Shown one piece after another: positions 44,852 through 54,202 of a stretch of DNA of 57,945 bases. The stretch's first letter is position 1, and every line of letters starts with the position of its first letter. The stretch is from Bacteroidota bacterium. GTDB taxonomy: Bacteria; Bacteroidota; Bacteroidia; Bacteroidales; JAADGE01. The stretch is taken from assembly GCA_024277895.1 (NCBI GenBank), contig JAJRUH010000181.1:1-57945 (forward strand), in the 5' to 3' direction. Position numbers and translations under genes: made by a program. Below the pieces are notes generated by a model that worked only from the letters and a program-made list of their open reading frames with translations, was not told the origin of the DNA and searched no databases.

Positions 44852-46636
44852 ATGGAAAATAAAAAAACAATAAAAGGAGGAGAATTCTTAATAACAGAAA
44901 CCTCATACGAAGACATCTTCATACCCGAAGAATTTAACGAAGAGCAAGACATGATGGCTCAAACAACATCTGATTTTGTTGAAACACAGGTTCTTCCGAA
45001 AATTGATGATTTGGATAATCATGACAGAGAATTATTAACAAAACTCGTAAAAGATGCCGGAGAACTCGGATTGCTCGGAGTTTCCGTTCCGGAAGAATAC
45101 GAAGGTTTCGGGCAAAATACCGTAACTTCAATGCGCGTTGTGGAAGAAATCGGAAAGTCTTTCTGCTATTCAGTTGCTTTTTCGGCACATACCGGAATCG
45201 GAACTTTACCCATTTTGTATTACGGAACCGAAGAACAAAAGAAAAAATATCTTCCTAAACTTGCTTCCGGCGAATGGATAGGAGCTTATGCTCTAACTGA
45301 ACCCGATGCAGGCTCTGACCCTAATGCCGGTAAATCAAAAGCCGTATTAAGTGATGACGGTAAATATTATCTTTTGAACGGTGTAAAAATGTGGATTACA
45401 AACGGCGGGATTGCTGATTTGCAAATTGTTTATGCAAAAATTGAAGATGATAAAAATCTGAGTGCGTTTATCGTAGAAAGAGCTTGGGACGGAATTACAA
45501 TAGGTGCAGAAGAAGAAAAAATGGGAATTAAAGGATCTTATACCGTTCAGATTTATTATAATGACGTAAAAGTTCCTGTTGAAAATCTTCTCGGTGACAG
45601 AAACGGAGGATTTAAAATTGCCTTAAATATTTTAAATCTCGGAAGATTAAAACTCGGTGTTGCCACAATAGGTGCAGCTAAAGGAATAATTACCTATGCT
45701 GTGCAATATGCAACGGAAAGAAAACAGTTTAAAACACCTATTGCTCAGTTTGGTGCAATTAAATACAAATTAGCAGAAATGGCAATCAGAACATTTGCCG
45801 GTGAATCTCTCGGATACCGCATCAGTCAGAATATTGATGATGCCATTGACGGATACATTGCCGAAGGAATGGATAAAGGAAAAGCCGCACTTGAAGGTTT
45901 ACGCCAATTTGCTATTGAAGCATCTATTGCAAAAGTACTCGGTTCTGAAATTTTGGACTATGTTGTTGACGAAGGCGTTCAAATATACGGCGGTATGGGA
46001 TACTCTGCAGAAACACCTGTCGAAAGAGCTTACCGCGATTCGCGTATTAACAGAATTTTTGAAGGAACCAACGAAATTAACCGTATGGTTATGGTCGGAG
46101 AACTTCTTAAACGAGCTTTTAAAGGCGAATTAGAAATTTTAGCTCCTGCAAAAGCCGTAGCTGAAGAATTAATGGGAATACCCGATTTCGGAGATACCAC
46201 ACAAGATTATTTTGAATTAAAAAAGAAAGCAATTAAAAATTTCAAAAAAGCAATTTTGATGGTTGCCGGTGCTGCCGCTCAAAAATTTCAGGATAAATTA
46301 CAAAACGAACAAGAAATTTTATTTGCAGCAGCTGATATGCTTATGCTGACTTATTCTTCTGAATCTTTTATGTTAAGAGTTGAAAAACTTGAGCATATGA
46401 AAGGTGCCGATAAGGTTGAATTACAAAAACTTATGCTTGATGTATATATTTATGATGCAGCAAATGCAATTAAAAAATTCGGTGACGATGCCTTAAATTC
46501 ATTTGCCGAAGGAAACGAAAAAATGGGTATGCTCACTGGGATGAAACGTTTTACAAAAGTTGACGGGGTTAATGTCATAAATGCAAGACGAAAAATTGCC
46601 GACAAATTGATTGAAGAAAATAAATATCCGTTTTAA
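44852..46636 (+). CDS. Acyl-CoA dehydrogenase (long form with C-terminal extension)
   Basis: 594 aa with motifs GAYALTEPDAGSD, WITNGG, YGGMGY and IFEGTNEI. Confidence 0.92.
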   Translation: MENKKTIKGGEFLITETSYEDIFIPEEFNEEQDMMAQTTSDFVETQVLPKIDDLDNHDRELLTKLVKDAGELGLLGVSVPEEYEGFGQNTVTSMRVVEEIGKSFCYSVAFSAHTGIGTLPILYYGTEEQKKKYLPKLASGEWIGAYALTEPDAGSDPNAGKSKAVLSDDGKYYLLNGVKMWITNGGIADLQIVYAKIEDDKNLSAFIVERAWDGITIGAEEEKMGIKGSYTVQIYYNDVKVPVENLLGDRNGGFKIALNILNLGRLKLGVATIGAAKGIITYAVQYATERKQFKTPIAQFGAIKYKLAEMAIRTFAGESLGYRISQNIDDAIDGYIAEGMDKGKAALEGLRQFAIEASIAKVLGSEILDYVVDEGVQIYGGMGYSAETPVERAYRDSRINRIFEGTNEINRMVMVGELLKRAFKGELEILAPAKAVAEELMGIPDFGDTTQDYFELKKKAIKNFKKAILMVAGAAAQKFQDKLQNEQEILFAAADMLMLTYSSESFMLRVEKLEHMKGADKVELQKLMLDVYIYDAANAIKKFGDDALNSFAEGNEKMGMLTGMKRFTKVDGVNVINARRKIADKLIEENKYPF

Positions 46637-46688
46637 TTTAACTTTTTATTTATCTTTAAGGGTAATAAACTGTCAAAATTTTTATACC

Positions 46689-46718
46689 GTGCCGTGCTGT
46701 AGTGCGGCACAATTTTAT
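46689..46718 (+). terminator. Intrinsic terminator of the beta-oxidation operon
   Basis: GTGCCG-TGCTGTAGTG-CGGCAC followed by AATTTTAT. Confidence 0.65.
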
Positions 46719-46730
46719 ATTAAAATATTT

Positions 46731-46965
46731 AGGGCTTGCTGAAAAGCTCACAGGTGCATTAGATTTCAAGCTTCTCGTTTGAAGTCGTATATAAATACTG
46801 CGAAATAAGAGAAATTTGAAAGATGGTGTGCCTGTGGGCAGCTAAAATATTTTACACAAGTGCATGGAAATAGGATGAAATGAATTAAAAACCTTGCACT
46901 TGCATATGTAAATAACCTTATAAGTAACTGAAACACAAATATATTAGTATTTTTCAGCAAGCCCT
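46731..46965. mobile_element. MITE-like non-coding element, 235 bp, terminal inverted repeats AGGGCTTGCTGAAAA / TTTTCAGCAAGCCCT
   Basis: 15-bp perfect TIRs read directly. A second full copy sits in opposite orientation at 49579-49814. The internal 64-aa ORF (46766-46960) is not conserved between copies. Confidence 0.8.
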
Positions 46966-47013
46966 ATTTAATTATTTATTTTAGATTACCTCTTTTTTGC
47001 CGGTTCAAAAATT

Positions 47014-47021
47014 TATCTTTG
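47014..47021 (+). promoter_or_regulatory. Candidate -7 promoter box TATCTTTG
   Basis: Matches TAnnTTTG 30 nt upstream of the ATG at 47051. It lies inside the ORF-track N-terminal extension (46997). Confidence 0.45.
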
Positions 47022-47050
47022 CAGGCAGTTTCAATTTTAATTTCAATATA

Positions 47051-48349
47051 ATGAAAAATATAAGCATTCCCGAATTAGTTAACATCCTGAAAAAAAACAA
47101 TATAAACCGTTTTTATCTTATTTTTAATCCCGAAACAAAAAAAGTTGAACCTTCTCATAAAGAACTTCAATTTCTTGCCGATTTCATTAATTCGGACACA
47201 CGAGATTTTGAAGAACACGAAGGAATGTTTTTTCAACTTACCGAAAAATATGATGTTTTACAAGGTGCTTTTGTTCACCGAACAAAAAGAGGGCAAGCTG
47301 CCGGAGGCGTTCGTTTTTGGCAATATGACAATCTTGAAGATTATTTGCGTGACGGTATGCGACTCGCAAAAGGTATGACACATAAAAACGCACTTGCCGG
47401 ACTTTGGTGGGGAGGCGGAAAAGGTGTTATGGTACATAACCCTAAATATGACAAACAAAATAAAGAATACCGTAAATATGTTTACACCGAATACGGAAAA
47501 TTTCTGACAAAGTTAAACGGTTGCTACGTTACTGCCGAAGATGTGGGTACAAGCGTTGAAGATATGGCAAATATCTATAAAACAACACGTTTTACGACTT
47601 GCATTCCCGAAAGCATTGGCGGCAGCGGAAATCCGTCCGAACCGACTTCGAGAGGTGTGTTAGCTGCGATGGAAGCAGCCTTAGCATTTAAAGGCGAGAC
47701 TTTGAATGGAAAAATCGTGGCAGTTCAAGGTATGGGACATGTTGCCGAACCTCTAATCGGTCATTTATTCAATAAAAATGTAGGAAAAGTAATAGCTGCA
47801 GACATAAATTCGGATGTAGTAAATTCCGTAAAGAAAAAATTTGCCGGTAAAAACTTAAAAGCCGGAGTTACGAAAAAAACTGATAACTCAATATTGTTTG
47901 AAGAATGTGATATTTTGGCTCCTTGTGCAACCGGTGCAATCTTAAATATAAATACAATTCCGAAAATAAAAGCGAAAATTATTTGCGGTGCCGCAAACAA
48001 CCAACTCGAAGACCACGACCGAGACGACAAAGCTCTTGCTGACAGAGGAATTATTTATGTGCCTGATTTTTTAAATAACAGAATGGGAATTGTAAATTGT
48101 GCCAATGAGCAATACGGGTATGTTAATAATGATGATTTTATTGAACGTCATTTGCAAAGAAAATGGAATCACGGGGTTTATCAAACTACTTTGTCGGTTT
48201 TAAAAGAAGCAACAGAAACCGGACAACCGACTTCTAAAGTTGCTATAATACAAGCAACAAAATTGTCAATGCAGGAACATCCTGTTTTCGGACACAGGAG
48301 TTTAAAAATTATTCAATCTTTAGTAAATGATGACAGATTTATATCTTGA
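47051..48349 (+). CDS. Glu/Leu/Phe/Val dehydrogenase family protein (leucine/valine dehydrogenase-like)
   Basis: I chose the ATG at 47051 (MKNISIPEL). It has the catalytic Lys region WWGGGKGVM and the NAD fingerprint VQGMGHVAEP. Confidence 0.8.
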   Translation: MKNISIPELVNILKKNNINRFYLIFNPETKKVEPSHKELQFLADFINSDTRDFEEHEGMFFQLTEKYDVLQGAFVHRTKRGQAAGGVRFWQYDNLEDYLRDGMRLAKGMTHKNALAGLWWGGGKGVMVHNPKYDKQNKEYRKYVYTEYGKFLTKLNGCYVTAEDVGTSVEDMANIYKTTRFTTCIPESIGGSGNPSEPTSRGVLAAMEAALAFKGETLNGKIVAVQGMGHVAEPLIGHLFNKNVGKVIAADINSDVVNSVKKKFAGKNLKAGVTKKTDNSILFEECDILAPCATGAILNINTIPKIKAKIICGAANNQLEDHDRDDKALADRGIIYVPDFLNNRMGIVNCANEQYGYVNNDDFIERHLQRKWNHGVYQTTLSVLKEATETGQPTSKVAIIQATKLSMQEHPVFGHRSLKIIQSLVNDDRFIS

Positions 48350-48391
48350 AACTTACAAAATTCAAGATGAATAAGAAAGTTAAATTATAAA

Positions 48392-49045
48392 ATGACAAAA
48401 AGAATAAGTATAAAAACTGAAGAAACAGTTAATTCTTCGACACATTTAATCGGATTAGTGCTAAGCATTGCTGCTACTGCATTGATGATTGTTAAAGCAT
48501 CGTATTACGGTTCGACAATTTCAATTGTAAGTGCTGCAATATTCGGTGCAAGCTTAATAGTATTGTATTCAGCATCAACACTTTACCATTCCACAAGCAA
48601 TATACGCTTAAAATATAAACTGAATAAATTCGATCATTCGGCAATTTATGTTTTAATTGCGGGAACTTATACACCGTTTTCAATCGTATTGCTGCAAGGC
48701 GGTTGGGGTTGGAGTATTTTTGGCGTTCAATGGGGTTTGGCAATAATAGGGACTTTTTATAAAATATTCTGGTATAAGCCGAAATACAGAGCAATTTCTG
48801 CTTTTGCATATATTGCAATGGGTCTAATGATTGTGATTGCTGCAAAGCCATTGGCTGAAGTAATTTCGGTAAAATGTTTTACGTGGCTGGCAATTGGCGG
48901 AGCTTCTTACCTTATCGGTGTTTTCTTTTATTTGAATAAAAAAATACCTCTGGGGCACGGAATATTTCATCTTTTTATTATAGGCGGCAGTTTTGCTCAT
49001 TTTTGGGCAATTTATAATTATGTATTACCGAATTTAACATTATAA
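48392..49045 (+). CDS. Hemolysin III / PAQR family membrane protein
   Basis: 217 aa with 7 TM segments and conserved His motifs (HLIG, YHS, DHSAIY, HLFIIGGSFAHF). Confidence 0.88.
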   Translation: MTKRISIKTEETVNSSTHLIGLVLSIAATALMIVKASYYGSTISIVSAAIFGASLIVLYSASTLYHSTSNIRLKYKLNKFDHSAIYVLIAGTYTPFSIVLLQGGWGWSIFGVQWGLAIIGTFYKIFWYKPKYRAISAFAYIAMGLMIVIAAKPLAEVISVKCFTWLAIGGASYLIGVFFYLNKKIPLGHGIFHLFIIGGSFAHFWAIYNYVLPNLTL

Positions 49046-49049
49046 ATAT

Positions 49050-49544
49050 ATGAACAGTGCAGAGAAATTTCGAGAAACAGTAAGAAATAAATTTAAGTTT
49101 AAATTATTTATGCTGAAAGAATTACCGTCGGCTTTTTTTTCGGGGATTAATGTTACGGAAATTACGGAAGAGAAAGCCGTAGTCAGAATTCCGTTTAAAT
49201 ATCTTACAAAAAACCCGTTTAAATCAATGTATTTTGCATCACAGGCAATGGCAGCCGAATTATCAACGGGTATTTTGGCTTTATCGCAAATTTCGGGTCG
49301 TAAACCGCCGGTTTCAATGCTGGTTTTTGATATGAAAGCTCATTTTTCAAAGAAAGCCAGAACTGCCGTAAATTTTGTTTGTGAAAACGGCAAAGAAATA
49401 AAAGCTGCCGTTGAAGAAACTATAAAAACCGGTGAAGGTATTATTGTGGAAGCAAAATCACTCGGTTATGATAAAGAAGGTGATATCGTTTCGGAATTTA
49501 CTTTTGTATGGACATTTAAAGTGAAACAAAAAAGGCAATCGTAA
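49050..49544 (+). CDS. DUF4442-like hotdog-fold (thioesterase-like) protein
   Basis: 164 aa. The pattern LPSAFFSGINV...NPFKSMYFASQAMAAELSTG resembles DUF4442. The assignment comes from memory of the family, not a search. Confidence 0.55.
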   Translation: MNSAEKFRETVRNKFKFKLFMLKELPSAFFSGINVTEITEEKAVVRIPFKYLTKNPFKSMYFASQAMAAELSTGILALSQISGRKPPVSMLVFDMKAHFSKKARTAVNFVCENGKEIKAAVEETIKTGEGIIVEAKSLGYDKEGDIVSEFTFVWTFKVKQKRQS

Positions 49545-49578
49545 TGATTGCCGTATGTGATAAATTATGCAATAAATT

Positions 49579-49814
49579 AGGGTCTGCTGAAAAACACTAA
49601 AATATCTAATATTCAATTAGTTATCAAAACATTTATATGTACATGTGCAAGGTTTTTAGTTGACTATACACTATTTTCTTGCATTTGTGTAAAACAATTT
49701 TAGCTGCTCACAGACACATCATTTTTCAAATTTCTCTTATTTCATAGTATTCATATACGACTTCAAACGAGAAATTTGAAATCTAATGCACCTGTGAACT
49801 TTTCAGCAGACCCT
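49579..49814. mobile_element. Second full-length copy of the MITE-like element, inverted relative to 46731-46965
   Basis: TIRs AGGGTCTGCTGAAAA / TTTTCAGCAGACCCT. The reverse complement aligns along the whole 46731 copy. The half next to GCTGAAAAG(C/T)TCACAGGTGCATTAGATTTCAA is clearly better conserved. Confidence 0.8.
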
Positions 49815-49817
49815 AAA

Positions 49818-52154
49818 TTACCATTTTTTAAGATTGAATTTTATCCCCCAAATGGTGATATCATCTCTTTGTTTTTCAAGACCTTGATGCTCATCTAATT
49901 TATTCAAAAAAAGTCTTTTTTGTTCTTTCAGTCCTAAATCTTTTGCTTCTTTTAAAGTTTCAATAAATTTAGGCGTTCCGAAACGTTTTCTGTCAGCATT
50001 ATTTTGATCGATAATTCCGTCAGTTGATAACCACATAATATCATTTTCAAACAAATAAAAATCCTTATTTGTAAATTCAATATTGCCTCTTTTTTGTTTT
50101 GTTCCGCCAATTGAACGCCTTTCAGAAGAAAGAATTGTTATGTCATCACTTTTATGAGAATAATAATATAAATCTGATTTTGCACCGGAATATGTTATGT
50201 GATATGAAGTATCTTCTTTTTCTATAACACAAACAGCCATATCCATACCGTCGTTATTATCTGTTGTTTCCTGCCTTAAAGCTGTTTTAACTTTTTTATC
50301 TAAAATTGTAAGAATATCTTTAGGACCGGTAACATTTTGTTCCGATACAATTTCACTTAATAATCGACTTCCGATCATTGACATGAATGCCCCCGGAACT
50401 CCGTGACCCGTACAATCTACCGTTGCAATAAATATTTTATCGGGTTTTCCGTCCTTGCCTGCTTTTTCATAAAACCAATAAAAATCACCGGATACAACAT
50501 CTCTCGGTTTAAAAATAAGAAATGATTCAAAATATTTTTCTAAATCTTCGGCAAGCGGCAAAATTGCCTGTTGAATTGTTTTTGCATAGTTAATACTGGA
50601 AGTAATTTGTTCGTTTTGAATTTCAATTTGATCTTTTTGTTTGCGAATTTCAATCTCAGACTTTTTCTCAGTTGTGATATCTGTATCAATAGAAATTAAC
50701 TGTCTAACTTCATTATTTTCATCCAATATCGGTGTAATTGTTGTCTGTACCCAAATTTCATTTCCGTTTCTTGTTTTACTTAAATTTTGATAGGAACCGG
50801 TTTGTTTTGTTTCAATAATATGGTTTAGTATGTTTTGTACCTCCGGGTTGCTGCTGGCACCTACAATATTATCGTCAATTTCATTTCTCAAAAGCTGTAA
50901 AGTATATCCGTACAGTCTCGTGAAGCCGGCATTTATCCATTGGAAATTTCCTTTTATATCCATAATTGTTACGGCATTATCAGTTTCCGAGGCAACAATT
51001 GATAATTTTTCAAGTTCGGTATTAACAGACTCAAGTAATTTTGCTTGATTTTGAATTTCATCTTTCTGACTGTTAATAGCTACATATTGTTCACTTAATT
51101 GCTTGTTAATTTTTTGCTTGTTGATATAACTGCTCACAATAATAACCCCAAGAAACAAGAATATAACAAGTGCTGCAATTGCAAAATAGATTATGTTTTT
51201 TTGTGTCGCAACGGTTTTTTGAGATTTACCTAACTTTTCTTGGTTTTTTCTTAATTTTTCTTCTTGATCTTTCAGATTTTTACTTTTAGAAAGGATTTCA
51301 ATATTTAACTTTTTAGCAAACTCCTTTTGTTTAGCAATATTTTTTTCCTGTATTTTTAAAAATGCCTGATTTTTTGTTAAATCTTTTCTTTGTTGAAGAA
51401 CTTCGGCACTCATAGAATCTAATCGTGCATTTTGGTCCTGCAATTCGCCTTCTTTTGCCGAAATTAGGTTTTCTTTACTTGCAATACTGTCCCTTTGAGC
51501 TTTAATACGTGCTTCTTGTTCTGATAACAGCTTTTCTTTATCGGCAATTTCTTTTTTCTTTTCCTCAAGAGCTTTTTTTTCGGCTAACAACTTACGATTT
51601 GTTTCGGCATAAATTCTTTGAATAACTTCTCGACTTCCTCCGATTTTAAGCAATTGACGAGAAATAGTAATATTATTTTCACCGGCTAAACGGTCATTAA
51701 TGTCAAATGGCTTAGAATCTCCTATTTTTCTAAAGTTAATAATGCTGTAGTCAGGTTGTTTTGACCGATCGGAAATAATTAAAACATTTTTCCCTTTAAA
51801 TTTTTGATATACAAGTCCCAAATACGCATTCTCATTTCTTGAAACATATACAATGTGGTTTGCCTGAATATCTTTATAATTTAAATACCGTATAACTTCA
51901 ACGGGTTTTCCTTTAATTTTTTTTGTTTTCGCTTGTTTTTGAAGTTCGGAAAACATAGCTTTTGAAGAAAAAACTCCAATTGTGTAGGATGTAATATTAG
52001 CTTCATCCTGCCATGTAATACCGTATGAAATATTAAAAATCCATTCGGCTCGTTGAGCTTCATCTGAAATTTTCTGAGCATTACTTTGTCTGATAATAAG
52101 AGAAAACAAAAATAACAATATAAAAAACGGTAAATATTTTTTTTGAGCTTTCAT
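49818..52154 (-). CDS. Sensor phosphatase: YfiR/DUF4154-like periplasmic domain, coiled coil, TM helix, PAS domain, SpoIIE/PP2C domain
   Basis: 778 aa with a signal peptide and an N-terminal domain paralogous to the upstream gene. The PAS-like region is AVTIMDIKGNFQWINAGFTRLYGY. The PP2C motifs are DVVSGDFYW, VDCTGHGVPGAFMSM, DGMDMAVC and TDGIIDQ. Confidence 0.8.
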   Translation of the reverse strand: MKAQKKYLPFFILLFLFSLIIRQSNAQKISDEAQRAEWIFNISYGITWQDEANITSYTIGVFSSKAMFSELQKQAKTKKIKGKPVEVIRYLNYKDIQANHIVYVSRNENAYLGLVYQKFKGKNVLIISDRSKQPDYSIINFRKIGDSKPFDINDRLAGENNITISRQLLKIGGSREVIQRIYAETNRKLLAEKKALEEKKKEIADKEKLLSEQEARIKAQRDSIASKENLISAKEGELQDQNARLDSMSAEVLQQRKDLTKNQAFLKIQEKNIAKQKEFAKKLNIEILSKSKNLKDQEEKLRKNQEKLGKSQKTVATQKNIIYFAIAALVIFLFLGVIIVSSYINKQKINKQLSEQYVAINSQKDEIQNQAKLLESVNTELEKLSIVASETDNAVTIMDIKGNFQWINAGFTRLYGYTLQLLRNEIDDNIVGASSNPEVQNILNHIIETKQTGSYQNLSKTRNGNEIWVQTTITPILDENNEVRQLISIDTDITTEKKSEIEIRKQKDQIEIQNEQITSSINYAKTIQQAILPLAEDLEKYFESFLIFKPRDVVSGDFYWFYEKAGKDGKPDKIFIATVDCTGHGVPGAFMSMIGSRLLSEIVSEQNVTGPKDILTILDKKVKTALRQETTDNNDGMDMAVCVIEKEDTSYHITYSGAKSDLYYYSHKSDDITILSSERRSIGGTKQKRGNIEFTNKDFYLFENDIMWLSTDGIIDQNNADRKRFGTPKFIETLKEAKDLGLKEQKRLFLNKLDEHQGLEKQRDDITIWGIKFNLKKW

Positions 52155-52182
52155 TAATATTAAATTTTAAAAAACGAAAATA

Positions 52183-52866
52183 TTATTTTTTAGTTTTATC
52201 GGAATCTTCGTACTTTTTCAATAACTTTTCAAGTGTTTTGATAACTTGTTTCAACGAATCTGTTTCTTTGTCTTTTTCTTTTAATTCTTGTAAAGTAATT
52301 TGAAGATTGCCGTTTGTTTCAGAATAAATTTTTTGAAGAACTTCCCGATTGCTGCCGATTTTTAACAGTTGTTTTGAGATTTTAATATGATTAATAACAG
52401 CAAGTTTGTCATTTATTAAGAACGGTTTTGTTTCTCCGATTTTATCAAAATTAAGAATGCTGAATTGGGGTTGATGAGAACGATCCGAAATTATCAAAAC
52501 ATTTTTTCCTTTTAATTTTTGATATACAAATCCCAAATACGCATTCTCATTTTTTGAAACATAAACTATGTTATTTGCCTTAATATCATTATAATTTAAA
52601 TAACGTATAATTTTAACGGATTTTCCTTTAATTTTTTTTGTTTTTGCCGATTCTTTTAATTCAATGTACATTTTTTCTGAAGAAAAAACACCAATAGTAA
52701 AAGTATCAATATTTTGCTCATTTTCCCACGTAACACCATCTGCAATATTAAAAATCCATTCTGCACGAATAGTTTCCTTTGATTTTAATTGAGCAGAACT
52801 TTGCTTAAATCCGAAAGAAAAAACTAACAAAAAAAGAAAAAATGTAAATTGTTTACTGTAAAACAT
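52183..52866 (-). CDS. YfiR/DUF4154-like secreted protein (stand-alone paralog of the sensor N-terminal domain)
   Basis: The ATG at 52866 (MFYSKQFTFFLFLL) is preferred. About 150 aa align closely with residues of the downstream sensor (AEWIFNI..GVTW, KTKKIKGK, VYVS.NENAYLG, GKNVLIISDRS). Confidence 0.75.
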   Translation of the reverse strand: MFYSKQFTFFLFLLVFSFGFKQSSAQLKSKETIRAEWIFNIADGVTWENEQNIDTFTIGVFSSEKMYIELKESAKTKKIKGKSVKIIRYLNYNDIKANNIVYVSKNENAYLGFVYQKLKGKNVLIISDRSHQPQFSILNFDKIGETKPFLINDKLAVINHIKISKQLLKIGSNREVLQKIYSETNGNLQITLQELKEKDKETDSLKQVIKTLEKLLKKYEDSDKTKK

Positions 52867-52913
52867 CACTATCAATTTAATTTATCAGTTTATTGTTATA
52901 AATACTTAATCTA

Positions 52914-52921
52914 CAAAAATA
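52914..52921 (-). promoter_or_regulatory. Candidate -7 promoter box (TATTTTTG on minus strand)
   Basis: The plus strand reads CAAAAATA, 48 nt upstream of the ATG at 52866. Confidence 0.35.
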
Positions 52922-53002
52922 ATACAATTTTGAATATAAAATACGTTTTTTTTAAGATTTTCTTACTTTTATGCTTTAGTTTTTACGTACAAACAGTAAA
53001 TA

Positions 53003-53572
53003 ATGCGACATTTTTTACATCAAATAATACAAAGAGATATTAATTTATTTCTGCTTTTCAACCAATATCACAATCATTTTTTTGATATTGTAATGAGTTT
53101 TATAAGCGGGAAATATTCTTGGATACCGCTTTATGCTTTTATTTTATTTTTAATTTTCCGAAAATTCAAACTTAAAAAAGGATTACTTATATTATTAAGT
53201 ATAATTATGTTAATCATTTTAACCGACCAAACGTCCGTTTTCCTTTTTAAATTCACATTTCTCAGATTTCGCCCCTGCTATAATCCGAATATTGCAAGTC
53301 TTGTACATACCGTAAAACTTCCCGGCGGAAGATACGGTTTTATTTCATCACATGCTGCGAATGCTTTTGCTTTTGCTTTTTTTACAACTTTAATATTCAA
53401 AAATAAGCTTTACACAATTTTAATATTTTTTTGGGCAATTACAGTTGCATACAGCAGAATCTATTTAGGTGTTCATTATCCTTCAGATGTTTTTGTCGGT
53501 GCTGTATGGGGAATATTTTCTGCATATTTGATTTTTATTTTATTAAAAAACAAAATTTTCAAAGAACAATAA
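53003..53572 (+). CDS. PAP2 family phosphatase (undecaprenyl-diphosphatase/lipid phosphatase-like)
   Basis: Three PAP2 motifs: KFTFLRFRP, SSHA, SRIYLGVHYPSD. Confidence 0.9.
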   Translation: MRHFLHQIIQRDINLFLLFNQYHNHFFDIVMSFISGKYSWIPLYAFILFLIFRKFKLKKGLLILLSIIMLIILTDQTSVFLFKFTFLRFRPCYNPNIASLVHTVKLPGGRYGFISSHAANAFAFAFFTTLIFKNKLYTILIFFWAITVAYSRIYLGVHYPSDVFVGAVWGIFSAYLIFILLKNKIFKEQ

Positions 53573-53575
53573 ATC

Positions 53576-54196
53576 TTATTTTTTTTTATAATAATATTTT
53601 ACAGGCTCATTTTTATATTTACTTGTATCTAACGGAATAGTATGCCTGCTTCTTTTCAGGTGCAAACCGCATTCGGGACAAATTAAATCTATATCTGATA
53701 AATATTTTCCGCATGCGGGACATCTGTTTTTATCATTTAACCATTGTTCCTGCTCTGTTGTCAATATTTCTTTTTCTGAAGAAATGAGTTTGTATTTTTT
53801 TAATATTTTAAGAATAGAAGAGTTTACAAAACTGTTAATAATCAATATATTAAATATATAAAAAATAACAGAAAACAAGGATGAAAACCAAAAAAAGAAA
53901 CTTAAAGAAGTATATGAAAATAATGCCGAAAAAATGATAACTGCAAGAATAATTTTAATTAAATATTCTAAGTGAACGGAATAAGAAATTTCTGAATTTG
54001 TTACTTCAATATTTATTTGAAAAGGAATTTTTAAAAACGGAGAAGAGGTCTTTAATAAGCCGGATTCTTTGTTCTCGGAATATCCGGACAGTTTCCCTGA
54101 AGTTAATTCCTTAATAATAATGTTTCGCAATTTTTTTGACGATAATTCATTCTTTGAGAATGTAATTGTATCGGAATATGTGTAAGGAAAGCTCAA
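53576..54196 (-). CDS. Hypothetical membrane protein with a C-terminal zinc ribbon
   Basis: 206 aa with two to three central TM helices and CPACGKYLSDIDLICPECG. It starts 7 nt after the Hpt gene. Confidence 0.5.
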   Translation of the reverse strand: MSFPYTYSDTITFSKNELSSKKLRNIIIKELTSGKLSGYSENKESGLLKTSSPFLKIPFQINIEVTNSEISYSVHLEYLIKIILAVIIFSALFSYTSLSFFFWFSSLFSVIFYIFNILIINSFVNSSILKILKKYKLISSEKEILTTEQEQWLNDKNRCPACGKYLSDIDLICPECGLHLKRSRHTIPLDTSKYKNEPVKYYYKKK

Positions 54197-54202
54197 TTTA
54201 TT

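Noticed and set aside
46766-46960. 64-aa ORF inside the MITE-like element as a possible gene
   Set aside because: The corresponding region of the second copy (49579-49814) does not keep the reading frame or the sequence in that half, and no start context or motif is present.
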